Below are positions 1-9,600 of a stretch of 64,000 nt of DNA, one piece after another. A model generated the notes under the pieces. The model did no database searches and had not been told where the DNA came from. It worked only from the letters and a program-made list of their open reading frames with translations. The DNA is from Candidatus Eremiobacteria bacterium (lineage in GTDB: Bacteria > Vulcanimicrobiota > Vulcanimicrobiia > Vulcanimicrobiales > Vulcanimicrobiaceae): NCBI GenBank assembly GCA_963737065.1, contig CAVTRC010000001.1:2400001-2464000 (forward strand), read 5' to 3'. Every line of letters begins with the position of its first letter. Position 1 is the first letter of the stretch. The position numbers were made by a program, and so were the translations under genes.

Positions 1-141
1 GAGATCGGGCCGGATACGGTCGTTGCCGTGAAGCGCCATCCCAAGCGCGTGCGTTTCGCGCGTCTTTCTCCTCTGCGATTCTTCGAACGCCTCGGAGAAA
101 AAATGAGCTGGGGCCTTTCCATAAAGGGCGCACAGCGGTAA
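1..141 (+). CDS. nadK: NAD kinase, C-terminal fragment (partial at window edge)
   Basis: Frame 1 reads EIGPDTVVAVKRHPKRVRFARLSPLRFFERLGEKMSWGLSIKGAQR*. The FF..L.EK..WG tail is typical of NAD kinases, and the position upstream of recN is the usual one. Confidence 0.7.
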   Translation, partial: EIGPDTVVAVKRHPKRVRFARLSPLRFFERLGEKMSWGLSIKGAQR

Positions 142-257
142 TGATGCGACAGATTTTCTGCCGTCGCGTCGCCGGAGATATCGTCATGGACGATAGTCCA
201 CTTCGGGTCTTCCCGGCTTAGCGACGACCCAAAATCCGCGCATCATTGAGCGGGCAT

Positions 258-1925
258 ATGTTGCGAAGATTAGAGATCAGAAATTACGGGTTGATCGAGG
301 CGGCCGAAATCGAGTTTTCGGATGGCGCTACGGTTTTTACCGGTGAAACGGGCTCGGGAAAAACCATGGTTCTCGGCGCGCTCGCAAGCGCGCTCGGAGC
401 GCGCGCGAATGCCGATGTCGTGCGACGCGGCGCAGCGCGCGCAATCATTACGCTTGCGTTCGAGCCGGACGATGCGTTGCGCGAACGGATGACTGCCGAC
501 GGATTCGAAGTCGACCCCGGTGAAGAGTCGACGCTCGTCCGCGAGATCGGCGAGAACGGGAAGTCGAGCGTCCGCGTCAACGGCCGCACCGCGACCGCGA
601 GCTACGTCCGCGAGCTCGCGCCGCTGATCGCAGAAATCGTCGGCCAGCACGAGGCGCAACGGCTTCTCTCTCCGGTGTATCATCTCGAACTCGTGGACCG
701 CTTCGGCGGCGACGACGTACGATCCGCGCGCGTCGCGGTTCGCGCCGCATACGACGCGCTCGTCGACGTAACGCGCGAACTGAACCGGTTGAGCGCGGAC
801 GAACGCCGCGCGCAGGAACGCTACGAGGACGCAAAGTACGCGCTCGAAGAACTGGAGCTCCTTGCGCCGATTCCCGGCGAAGACGAGCGCCTGACGGAGC
901 GGCGGCGATTTCTCGATAACATCGAGCGCATTGCCTCTTCGCTTAGAGCGGCGCACGAGGCGCTTACGTCGGATGACGCCGGCGCCGGGACATCGGTCGG
1001 GGCTGCCGCGGCGGCGCTGCACGGAATCGCCGAGATGAGCGGCGCGCTCGCCGAGATGCACGTCCAAGCGGCGGCACTACAAAGCGAGGTCAACGAACTC
1101 GCGACCGCAATCGCGCGCGAACTCGATGCCTCGGAATTCGAGCCGCAAGAACTCGAAACGATCAACGCTCGGCTCGACGCGCTCGATCGCGCGAAGCGAA
1201 AATACGGCGCGACGACCGACGCTCTCATCGCGCACGCGGAGCAGGCGCGAGACATCGTTGCCGAATTCGAAGGCAAAGACGCGCGCACCGCGGAGTTGAC
1301 GCGCGCGGTTGCGCAAGCGCATGCCGCGCTCGAAACGAGTGCGGAAAGACTCTCCAACCTGCGCGCCTCATCCGCGAAGCGTTTGTGCGCCGCCGTCACG
1401 CACGAATTGAAGGATCTTGCGCTCGGTTCCGCGCGATTCGAGATTTCGCTCGAGTCGCTTCACCCGATCGGTCCGGAAGGCGCGGAGAGCCTAGAATTTA
1501 CCTTTGCGGCCAACGCCGGTGAAGCGTTGCGTCCCCTCACGCGCATTGCGTCCGGCGGCGAACTCTCGCGCGTGCTGCTCGCGCTCGTCGTTGCGCTTGC
1601 CTCCACACGCGAGCGCGTGGCGCTCGTCTTCGACGAGATCGATGCCGGTGTGGGCGGAGCGACGGCCACCGCGGTCGGCGCGCGTCTCGGCCGCCTCGCG
1701 CAAGACGGTCAAGTGATGTGCGTGACGCATCTCGCGCAGCTTGCGACCTGGGCGAACCGTCATTACACGCTGGAAAAAAACGAACGGCGCGGCGCGACGA
1801 CGATAGCGCTTCGTGAAGTCATCGGTGAAGAGGCGCGGGCCGTGGAGCTTGCGCGGATGCTTTCAGGAGAATCGCACGCTGTCGCACTCCAGCATGCGCG
1901 CACGCTGATGAAAGCCGCGAGATGA
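258..1925 (+). CDS. recN: DNA repair protein RecN
   Basis: Walker A GETGSGKT, GQHE Q-loop, coiled coil, ASGGELSR signature, VFDEIDAG Walker B, VTHLAQ. Confidence 0.97.
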   Translation: MLRRLEIRNYGLIEAAEIEFSDGATVFTGETGSGKTMVLGALASALGARANADVVRRGAARAIITLAFEPDDALRERMTADGFEVDPGEESTLVREIGENGKSSVRVNGRTATASYVRELAPLIAEIVGQHEAQRLLSPVYHLELVDRFGGDDVRSARVAVRAAYDALVDVTRELNRLSADERRAQERYEDAKYALEELELLAPIPGEDERLTERRRFLDNIERIASSLRAAHEALTSDDAGAGTSVGAAAAALHGIAEMSGALAEMHVQAAALQSEVNELATAIARELDASEFEPQELETINARLDALDRAKRKYGATTDALIAHAEQARDIVAEFEGKDARTAELTRAVAQAHAALETSAERLSNLRASSAKRLCAAVTHELKDLALGSARFEISLESLHPIGPEGAESLEFTFAANAGEALRPLTRIASGGELSRVLLALVVALASTRERVALVFDEIDAGVGGATATAVGARLGRLAQDGQVMCVTHLAQLATWANRHYTLEKNERRGATTIALREVIGEEARAVELARMLSGESHAVALQHARTLMKAAR

Positions 1926-2833
1926 AGATTTCGCGTAACGGCGAGGCCGCGACCGTACGAGCCGCCGGCAACGACGTTGCGCTGACGAATCTCAATAAGG
2001 TGTTCTTTCCGAAGACCGGAGCAACGAAGCGCGATCTGCTGCAATACTATGCCGATGTGTCGACGTATCTGCTGCCGCACGTAGCGCATCGCGCGATGGT
2101 GATGAAACGCTATCCGAACGGTGCCGAGGGCGATTTCTTCTTTATGAAGCGCACGCCGTCACCGCATCCCGATTGGCTGGAAACGTGCAGCATCGAGCAC
2201 GCATCGGGGAGCGTCATCGCCTTTCCTATGGCAAACGATCTCGCGTCGCTGCTCTGGATCGTCAACCTCGGATGCATCGATCTCAACCAGTGGTATGCAA
2301 CGTGCGACGACATCAACCGTCCGGACTACGTGCACTTCGATCTCGATCCCGGAAGCGCGGAGTTCGATCGCGTTCGGGAAACGGCGCTACTCGTTCGCGA
2401 CGGTCTTGCGGCGCTGGGACTGACGAGTTACGCCAAGACGTCCGGTTCGAAAGGTATTCACGTGTACGTACCGATCGTGCGCGGGCCGTTGCAGAAAGAC
2501 GTTTGGCGTTTTGCAAAAGCATTTTCGGTCGCGCTCGCGCGACACGAACCGGCCCTCATGACGTCGGAGTATCGCAAGGAAAAGCGCCCTCCCGGACGCG
2601 TGCTCGTCGATTACAATCAGAACCGGTGGGGCGCGACGCTTGCATCGGTATATTCGGTTCGCCCCACCCCGCTTGCAACGGTGTCCGCGCCCGTAACGTG
2701 GGATGAAATCCAAGCCGGCATCGAGATCGAACGTTTTCGCATGGACAACATGGCGGAGCGCATTGCACGCGTAGGTGATCTCTGGAAGCCGCTGTGCGCA
2801 AAGCGCGGACGTTTCACGCTCCCGCAGATCTAG
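1922..2833 (+). CDS. Stand-alone LigD-type primase-polymerase domain protein (NHEJ/excision-repair polymerase)
   Basis: MKRYPNG, FDLDP, KTSGSKGIHVYVP, LVDYNQN and SVYSVR motifs. ATGA overlap with recN. Confidence 0.92.
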   Translation: MKISRNGEAATVRAAGNDVALTNLNKVFFPKTGATKRDLLQYYADVSTYLLPHVAHRAMVMKRYPNGAEGDFFFMKRTPSPHPDWLETCSIEHASGSVIAFPMANDLASLLWIVNLGCIDLNQWYATCDDINRPDYVHFDLDPGSAEFDRVRETALLVRDGLAALGLTSYAKTSGSKGIHVYVPIVRGPLQKDVWRFAKAFSVALARHEPALMTSEYRKEKRPPGRVLVDYNQNRWGATLASVYSVRPTPLATVSAPVTWDEIQAGIEIERFRMDNMAERIARVGDLWKPLCAKRGRFTLPQI

Positions 2834-3025
2834 CAGGCTGACGGTTTATCAGCCGCATACCGTGTGAGCTATGCAACCGTCTGCTCGCTTTGCAGACGCG
2901 CAATTCAAACGCGCGCGCAATAGGACGTATTGCCCTATGTGCGCTCCCTTTTCAGCAGTCTAAGGGAACGTTAAGCTTTGCTACGCTGAATGCGTTTTCT
3001 CTTGCATTGTCGGAGCTCGGCATAT

Positions 3026-4664
3026 ATGAAGTCGCGTCTTGCTGCGGTACTCGCCTTTTTTGCGCTTTCGCTTGCCGCTTGCGGCGGCGGAGGAGGCGGC
3101 GGCACGCTGCCAAGCGGCCCGCAGCCGGGAGGTTCTCCGACGCCGCCCCAGTCCACGCCGACGGTAAAGCCCTCCACGGGACCCACCCAAATACCGACGT
3201 CGGGCCCGACGCAGTCACCGACAACCGGCCCGACGACGAAGCCGACGACCGGACCCACGACGAAGCCTACCACGGGACCCACGTCTTCGCCGACGACGAA
3301 ACCGACGACCGGGCCGACGCCGACAACAAAACCTACGATCGCGCCGACACCCACGCCGACGCAGTCCTCAACACCGTCGCCGACGCAGTCGTATTACCCA
3401 CCGGATCCCCCGTCGGTGCTCACGAGCACGTACGGGAAGATCGGTCTCGCGCAGATCTTCGACTACTATCCGTCGGACAATACGAACATTCCGACGTCAC
3501 AAGCGCAAGCGGATGCACACCGGTATAACTTCGTGTGGGGATCGTTCCCCACGCAAAGCGACCCGAACCGTCCGTCGGCGTGGCGCCAAGGTAATGCTTC
3601 GATTCTCGTGAGCCGCTATTACATCATCGAAGAAGACAACGTCATCTTGTCGGGAAACAACCTTGCGTGGTTCCAGCAGAATCATCCGGATTGGATTTTG
3701 TATGCGTGCAATTCGTCGGGACAAATGACGAACGACTACGCGTACGACCCGGGCGTGGGTTTTCCCGACGTGCCGCTCAACTTCGAGAATCCGGCCGTGA
3801 AGCAGTATCAGGTGCAAGGCCTCATCAATTACGCGAAAGCGAACGGCTACAACGCAATCGCGCTCGATCAAGTTATCTTCTCGAACTTCATGGTCGGTGG
3901 TAATCCGAAGCTCGGGCAGACTGAGAACACGAGCGAGTACGCGTGCGGTACGCGCAACAACGATGGAACGGCGAATATCATCTATAGCGGAAAAACGGAT
4001 CCGAAGTTCACGTCCGACATATTGTCCTGGGTCGCATACGCCTATCAGCAAGCGCACACGGCGGGCCTCGACGTCGCGGTCAACCATCCGCTGGGAAGCG
4101 CGACGAACTCGAACGAAACCACGCTGATGGCCAATACGGACATCATGCTCGACGAGCCGGGCTTCTCCGACTACGGAAAGAGCGCAGTTCACCAATCCGG
4201 GCGTTTACAACACCGCATACACATACATGGAAGCCGTGCAGTCGCGCGGTAAAGCGATGGTCGACATCGATCGCTGGGCCAATGACGGCTCAGCTCCTAC
4301 GAACGCTCACGCGGAATACGGCACCGCAACGTATGCGTTGACGAACGAAGGCAACCTCGATCTCTACCAGATCGGAGCGATTGGGCCGGGGTACGGTTAC
4401 GGCGCGGAAAGCTACTTCCAAGCATATCAAACGGCTCTCGGTCCGCCGTGCACCGCGGCGCAGAACGGCGGCGGGGCGATCCGTTATCGCCGGTTCGCGA
4501 ACGGTCTCGTGGTGGCAAACGTTGGAGCGACGTCTGCGCAAACATACACCTTACCGGGCAATCACTCGTACAGCGACGTCTTCGGACGGCCGGTGAGTAA
4601 TCCGCTCTCGGTTAATTCCGAAGACGCGTACGTTCTCGTGACGAGTGGGAATGGATGCCAATAG
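3026..4664 (+). CDS. Secreted lipoprotein with Pro/Thr linker and putative glycoside-hydrolase-like domain; split by a frameshift at ~4177-4179
   Basis: Lipobox LAAC followed by G7 and (PTT[G/K]) repeats. Domain motifs NHPDWILY, GYNAIALD, RRFANGLVVAN. Removing one A from GGAAAG joins ORF 2990-4252 to ORF 4227-4664 (DYGRAQFTNPGVYNTAYTYMEAV). Confidence 0.65.
3170..3390 (+). repeat. Imperfect 12-bp coding tandem repeats (PTTG/PTTK linker)
   Basis: Repeated ccgacgacc/ccgacgacgaag units encode PTTGPTTKPTTGPTTKPTTG. Confidence 0.8.
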
Positions 4665-4671
4665 TTAGACG

Positions 4672-5700
4672 ATGAACTTGCCCATCGTACCGCCCTACGA
4701 GCCGATGGAGATGACGCAAGTCGAGCGCATCCCTGACGGACCGCAGTGGGAGTACGAACCGAAATGGGACGGATTTCGAGCACTCGTTTTTCGCGACGAT
4801 CACAACGTCGAGGTTCAATCAAAGTCGGGACAGCCGCTCGCACGATACTTTCCGGAGATCGTCGAGCGGGTCCGCGCGCTTGCGGCACGCCGGTTTGTGC
4901 TCGACGGTGAATTGATGGTGCAGATCGGTGACGAGCTTTCGTTCGACGCGCTCTTGCAACGCATTCATCCGGCCGAGACGCGCATTGCCCGGCTTGCGAA
5001 GGAAACGCCTGCGCGTCTCGTCGTCTTCGATATTCTCGTCGATGCGGACGGCAACGATCTCACGGGGCAAACGCTCGACGTACGTCGCGAAACGCTCGAA
5101 GCGTTTGCGAAGCGATATTTCAAAGCCGACGATCCCGCATTGTCGCCCGCGACGTACGATCGCGCGGTGGTTGACGCGTGGTTTGCGCATGTCGGAAACG
5201 CGCTCGACGGTGTCGTCGCAAAGCGTCGCGATCTCCCGTACGCCGGCGGCACGCGCGGCGCGGCGGTGAAGATTAAGAACCTGCGCAGCGCGGATTGCGT
5301 CGTCGGCGGCTATCGATTGAACAAGGACAAGAGCGGCGTTGGGTCGCTTTTACTCGGGCTCTACGACAACGAAGGCAAGCTGAATCACGTCGGCTTCACC
5401 TCCGGTTTTAAGACGCGCGAACGCAGCCCGCTACTCAAGCAGCTGCGTGAATTGGAAAAACCGCCCGGCTTTACCGGCAGCGCCCCCGGGGGACCGAGCC
5501 GTTGGCGACAAACCGAAGAACCATGGTTTCCGCTCGATCCCAAGCTCGTAGTGGAAGTGCAGTACGATCACATCACCGGCAATCGCTTCCGTCACGGAAC
5601 CAAGCTCTTGCGTTTTCGTCCCGACAAGGCGCCGCGTCAGTGCACGATGGACCAGCTACGTATCGACGAAGCCGCATCACCTCTGCAATTCCTCAGGTAA
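4672..5700 (+). CDS. ligC: ATP-dependent DNA ligase (LigC type)
   Basis: EPKWDGFR adenylation motif, LDGEL, DGVVAK, DCVVGG, RFRHG..RFRPDK.P.QC. Confidence 0.93.
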   Translation: MNLPIVPPYEPMEMTQVERIPDGPQWEYEPKWDGFRALVFRDDHNVEVQSKSGQPLARYFPEIVERVRALAARRFVLDGELMVQIGDELSFDALLQRIHPAETRIARLAKETPARLVVFDILVDADGNDLTGQTLDVRRETLEAFAKRYFKADDPALSPATYDRAVVDAWFAHVGNALDGVVAKRRDLPYAGGTRGAAVKIKNLRSADCVVGGYRLNKDKSGVGSLLLGLYDNEGKLNHVGFTSGFKTRERSPLLKQLRELEKPPGFTGSAPGGPSRWRQTEEPWFPLDPKLVVEVQYDHITGNRFRHGTKLLRFRPDKAPRQCTMDQLRIDEAASPLQFLR

Positions 5701-5785
5701 GAGCCGTTCCCGCTCTCTTCCCGGCTGCTTCATAGCGGTCGCCTATCATCATGCGCATTACGCACGATGTAAGATAGAGGGTGCG

Positions 5786-6286
5786 ATGACGGGCAACATC
5801 ATCCACGCATCGGCGCTCGTCCGGTGTCCCTTTTCCGTATCGATTGAAATGATGGCGCGAGCGCTGCGCGAGCGACATGACATCATCGTTTCGCCGATGC
5901 GCGGCCTGCGTGAGCGGGTGCACGTCGGTTGGGCGATCGTCGACGATTTCACAGATGAATGCCGTCGCCATGATGCGCTCACGATCTATTGGAAACCCGA
6001 GCACCGGACGTTTCCGTCGTTCTCCGGAACGCTTACCGTTCGGCCCCATTTCCGGAACGTGAACGTACGGATCACGGGCTGTTACGAGCCACCCGCCGGC
6101 GGCGTGGGCCGGCTCTTCGACCGCATGGCCGGACGGCATATTGCACGCCTGACGCTTCGCCGCCTGATCCGCAGCCTTGCGCGCGACGCCGAATCACGGT
6201 ATCTCGTGTATCTTCAGGAGATTCGTGCCGCCACCGCCTACGGGCATGCCGGTCGTGAACGCGATGAGGTCCTTCGGACGCACTAA
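5786..6286 (+). CDS. Hypothetical protein (SRPBCC-like fold possible)
   Basis: 166-aa ORF with GAGGG SD. Motif FPSFSGTL...G.YEPP.G.VG..FD. Confidence 0.6.
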   Translation: MTGNIIHASALVRCPFSVSIEMMARALRERHDIIVSPMRGLRERVHVGWAIVDDFTDECRRHDALTIYWKPEHRTFPSFSGTLTVRPHFRNVNVRITGCYEPPAGGVGRLFDRMAGRHIARLTLRRLIRSLARDAESRYLVYLQEIRAATAYGHAGRERDEVLRTH

Positions 6287-7654
6287 CCCGGCTTGCGTCA
6301 TACGCTGCTCGGTCATATACAGCAGCACGTCGATCGATGAGTAGTGATCGATCAACAGCGATTCGACGCCCCACAACAGCGACAATCTGCGTGCGACTTC
6401 GGGTGTCGGCGTGAGTGCGATGATGCGCGCGCGCGGACGAAACGCCGCAATGTGATGCGCGGTGTTGCCGGTCGTCGTGCCGGTGACGATGAACGGAATA
6501 AACAGTTCGTCGCTCGCGCGCGTTGCCGCTTCGGCGATTGACGTTGCGATCGTCGGGCTCACGCCCGCTAAGCGGCGGTCGCGCAGCATGACATGCGGGT
6601 AATTTTTCTCGACTTCGCGTGCGATCTCGGCCATCGTGCGTACCGCTTCCATTGGAAAGTGACCGCGCGCCGTTTCGCCCGAAAGCATCACCGCGTCAGT
6701 CCCATCCAGAATGGCGTTCGCAACGTCGGTTACTTCCGCACGCGTCGGCTTTGAACTGAACGTCATGGATTCCAGCATCTGCGTCGCGGTGATGACCGGT
6801 TTGCTCGCGCGATTGCATTTCGCGATGATCGCTTTTTGCACGAGCGGGACTTGTTCGAGTGGGATCTCGATACCGAGGTCTCCACGCGCGACCATGACGC
6901 CGTCGGCAGCGTCGATGATGTTCTCGAGATCTTCGAGTGCTTCGTGCTTCTCGATCTTGGCGAGCACCGGAACGTTGCGTCCGCGCTCGTTCATGAACGC
7001 CTTGACGCGGTTGATGTCTTCCGCGGTTCGGACGAATGATACCGCAACGTAGTCTACGCCGTGATCCAATCCGAAGGCGAGGTACTCAAAATCGCGCTCG
7101 GTCACCGACGTGATGTTCAGCGAGCCGTCCGGATAGTTGATGCCCTGCTGCGAGCGTAAATCGCCGCCGAATTCCACGGTCGTTTCGATCTCGGTTGTCG
7201 ACTTTCCGATGATGCGCAGCGTGATCTGCCCGTCTTGCAGATAGATACGGTTGCCGATCGACACGTCAAGCGGAAGATCTTTGTACTGCACCGCGATGCG
7301 TTCGTTCGTGCCCGGAACCTCGCCCGTCGTCAGTACGAAGCGCTGACCGCGCTCGAGACGCACCGACGTCAGGCCGTCCTCGAGCTTCCCGGTGCGCACT
7401 TTGGGACCCGGAAGATCTTGCAGGATCGCGGTGTGAATGCCGAGCTCTTCGGAGATTCTGCGCGCGGTTGCGATCGCTTCGGCGTGCTCCGGTGGAGTAC
7501 CGTGCGAGAAATTTAAGCGCAAGACGTTTGCGCCGCTGATGAATAGCGAACGCATCACGGCGGATTCGCGCGATGCAGGCCCGATCGTTGCAACGATCTT
7601 CGTGCGCTTTTGCAGGACGGTTTCCATGTCGGCTCTCACGGTGCGCGTCGACAC
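6194..7654 (-). CDS. pyk: Pyruvate kinase
   Basis: RTKIVATIGPAS, RLNFSHG, AKIEK, MVARGDLG, ATQMLESM, MLSGETA. Confidence 0.98.
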   Translation of the reverse strand: MSTRTVRADMETVLQKRTKIVATIGPASRESAVMRSLFISGANVLRLNFSHGTPPEHAEAIATARRISEELGIHTAILQDLPGPKVRTGKLEDGLTSVRLERGQRFVLTTGEVPGTNERIAVQYKDLPLDVSIGNRIYLQDGQITLRIIGKSTTEIETTVEFGGDLRSQQGINYPDGSLNITSVTERDFEYLAFGLDHGVDYVAVSFVRTAEDINRVKAFMNERGRNVPVLAKIEKHEALEDLENIIDAADGVMVARGDLGIEIPLEQVPLVQKAIIAKCNRASKPVITATQMLESMTFSSKPTRAEVTDVANAILDGTDAVMLSGETARGHFPMEAVRTMAEIAREVEKNYPHVMLRDRRLAGVSPTIATSIAEAATRASDELFIPFIVTGTTTGNTAHHIAAFRPRARIIALTPTPEVARRLSLLWGVESLLIDHYSSIDVLLYMTEQRMTQAGLVRPKDLIAFTTGMPVGGGGTNLLKIHEIP

Positions 7655-7723
7655 ACACGGGCTCCTGCGAAGTGCTTTTGAAAAAGAGGGGTCGACAAAT
7701 CGCGACGCAATTTGGGGAACTGC

Positions 7724-9094
7724 ATGCGGTTATGGCGCGACCCGCGGGACCGGCGCTATGGTGAGCGGCTTGCGGGAAGTTATCTCGCGTCGCTGCTGTT
7801 GCACGCACTCTTCGCATTGCTCGTGTTCAGCGTCGTCGCAAATACGTCTGAAGAAGGCGCGAGCGAAAGCCGCATCGGCGGTTCGATCGTGACCGTCGAA
7901 CAACGTGCGCCGGTCGTCGCGCAAGCGCCGGTGAAAACGCAAGCCGCACCGCTTCCGCATGCGCCGCGCATTGCGCCCGTCCAACATGCGCATGCTGCGC
8001 AACCGGCACATCAACCGCAACCACCCGCGCATCACGAACTTGCGAAATTTGCGCCGACCGCTCCGCCGAATCCGACGCCGTTGCCGCAAGCGACGACGCA
8101 ACCGAACGTCCAGCCGACGCAAGCCGTCTTCGAACCGCAGCCGCAGAACGAATTGCCCGCAGTGCCGAGCTCCGCTCCGACCGCTGCCGCCGTTGCGGTT
8201 AGCGTCACGATCCCGCCGACGGCGGCGCCGATGCCCGTTCCGACCGCGGTTGCCACGGTAAGGCCGTCGACGCGCCCGGTCGCGACCGCCGCGCCGACCA
8301 CAAAGCCGCAGACTCCGGCTCCCGCTACTCCGAGTCCCGTCCCGTCAGCGGTCGCCGTCGCGCCGAAAGCATCCGCTGCGCCGACGCTATCGCCGATCCC
8401 CGCACCGAGCGTCAGCACCGCGCCGGCCGCGAGGCCGGGCGTGCCGAGTCCGAGCCCGACGCGAGCGGCGGCGGCCGCGCAAACGAAGGGAACAGCTCCC
8501 TCACCAGGGCCGAAGGGGCTCGTCTCGCCCGGTCCGCGGGCGGGCAGCGCCGGAGCACCGAAGGCTGCGCCCGAGCGTCCCGTCGCCGTGAGCCCAACCG
8601 CGACGCCGGTTCCGTCTGCGCGCCGCAACGGACCGAAGCCCACGGGAGCACCGAACGACATCAACTCGAAGTTGCGCGCGATGCTGCCGCACGGTCCGGT
8701 TAATCCAACCGAAGGTTCGTACCATCCGTCGATTACGCTAAACGGAACGATGGAACCGACACCGCCGCCGGACGTGGTTGCGACGACGAAGTTCATTTAC
8801 GAAACGCCGAACGGCGACGAGCGCATCAAAATGTGGGTTACGAACGTTCGGCACGTCGGCATGATCACGATGTGCGAGGGATGGATGTTGCGCTATCCCG
8901 CTGCGGGCGGCGTCGGCGCGCAACGACAAATCGGGACGGCAACCAATCCGATTTCCGGCGGCATTCAAGTCTCGACTACGGTCGGTGCAAAGCACGTCGG
9001 CACCTTAGCGCCGATTGTCGAAGCGAATGCATCTGCGGTATGTAGCGAACGAAATTTGGTGCCCTACGCTCCCTCGGCCGTGCCGTCGCCGTAA
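7724..9094 (+). CDS. Membrane-anchored Pro/Ala-rich protein, TonB/TolA-like architecture
   Basis: N-terminal TM helix with SxxxH (SLLLH), a long Pro/Ala-rich linker and a globular C-terminal domain. Confidence 0.6.
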   Translation: MRLWRDPRDRRYGERLAGSYLASLLLHALFALLVFSVVANTSEEGASESRIGGSIVTVEQRAPVVAQAPVKTQAAPLPHAPRIAPVQHAHAAQPAHQPQPPAHHELAKFAPTAPPNPTPLPQATTQPNVQPTQAVFEPQPQNELPAVPSSAPTAAAVAVSVTIPPTAAPMPVPTAVATVRPSTRPVATAAPTTKPQTPAPATPSPVPSAVAVAPKASAAPTLSPIPAPSVSTAPAARPGVPSPSPTRAAAAAQTKGTAPSPGPKGLVSPGPRAGSAGAPKAAPERPVAVSPTATPVPSARRNGPKPTGAPNDINSKLRAMLPHGPVNPTEGSYHPSITLNGTMEPTPPPDVVATTKFIYETPNGDERIKMWVTNVRHVGMITMCEGWMLRYPAAGGVGAQRQIGTATNPISGGIQVSTTVGAKHVGTLAPIVEANASAVCSERNLVPYAPSAVPSP

Positions 9095-9110
9095 TTACTC
9101 AGACTCCCAC

Positions 9111-9139
9111 TTGAACTGTGACTTTTCGCTGATTAAAAT
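9111..9139 (+). promoter_or_regulatory. Sigma70-type promoter
   Basis: TTGAAC (9111-9116), 17-bp spacer, TAAAAT (9134-9139), in an AT-rich patch. Confidence 0.7.
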
Positions 9140-9145
9140 TAAGGT

Positions 9146-9447
9146 GTACCTACATAGAAGGTATCAAGACGGATACGCGGATCGGAGCGCAGCGAAGCTG
9201 CTAAAGACCGCAAGAGATTCGCGAAACGCGGATCGGGCGTGTGGATTCCTTGGTACGGAATCCGAAGAGGAGGTGCGGTTGGAACCGCAAGATCCACCGG
9301 GCTATTTAGCCGGCGAAGCACGCGCGATGATGGGTGGTCTTGTTCACCCGAACGGAGCCGGACGTAACCGGTAGCGCGTTAGTTCGCAAAACCGTAAACA
9401 AAAGGCGAGGGGCCGTAATCCACGCAGGATTGCGGCCCGTCGCTTTT
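9146..9447 (+). ncRNA. Candidate structured non-coding RNA (~300 nt, family unassigned)
   Basis: Lies between a promoter and a strong terminator, has at least 8 short hairpins plus long-range helices, and contains no convincing ORF. Confidence 0.55.
9400..9447 (+). terminator. Intrinsic terminator (potentially bidirectional)
   Basis: AAAAGGCGA-G-GGGCCGTAATCC-ACGCA-GGATTGCGGCCC-G-TCGCTTTT. Confidence 0.75.
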
Positions 9448-9553
9448 CTGGCGATTGAACCCCCCAACGTCCTGTTGCTAAACGAGGGGCCGCTTTGCGG
9501 TGGGGTTGCGGCCCGTCGGCGTTTCCGGTATTCTTAGCGATGGTCGATCGTAC

Positions 9554-9574
9554 AGCGTGGGCATGTCCCGCGCT
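9554..9574 (+). promoter_or_regulatory. rimP leader hairpin
   Basis: AGCGTGGG-CATGT-CCCGCGCT followed by a T-rich tract just upstream of rimP. Resembles the conserved GTGGG..CCCAC hairpin of rimP-nusA operon leaders. Confidence 0.6.
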
Positions 9575-9600
9575 TCGTTGTTGTAAAAGGGGGCAGTCGC

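Noticed and set aside
6194..6286. 93-bp convergent overlap of pyk and the hypothetical gene
   Set aside because: Most likely a non-conserved C-terminal run-on of the hypothetical ORF; there is no evidence of function.
9015..9374. 119-aa ORF across the candidate ncRNA
   Set aside because: It starts inside the upstream gene, crosses the AT-rich promoter, and has no SD or recognisable motifs.
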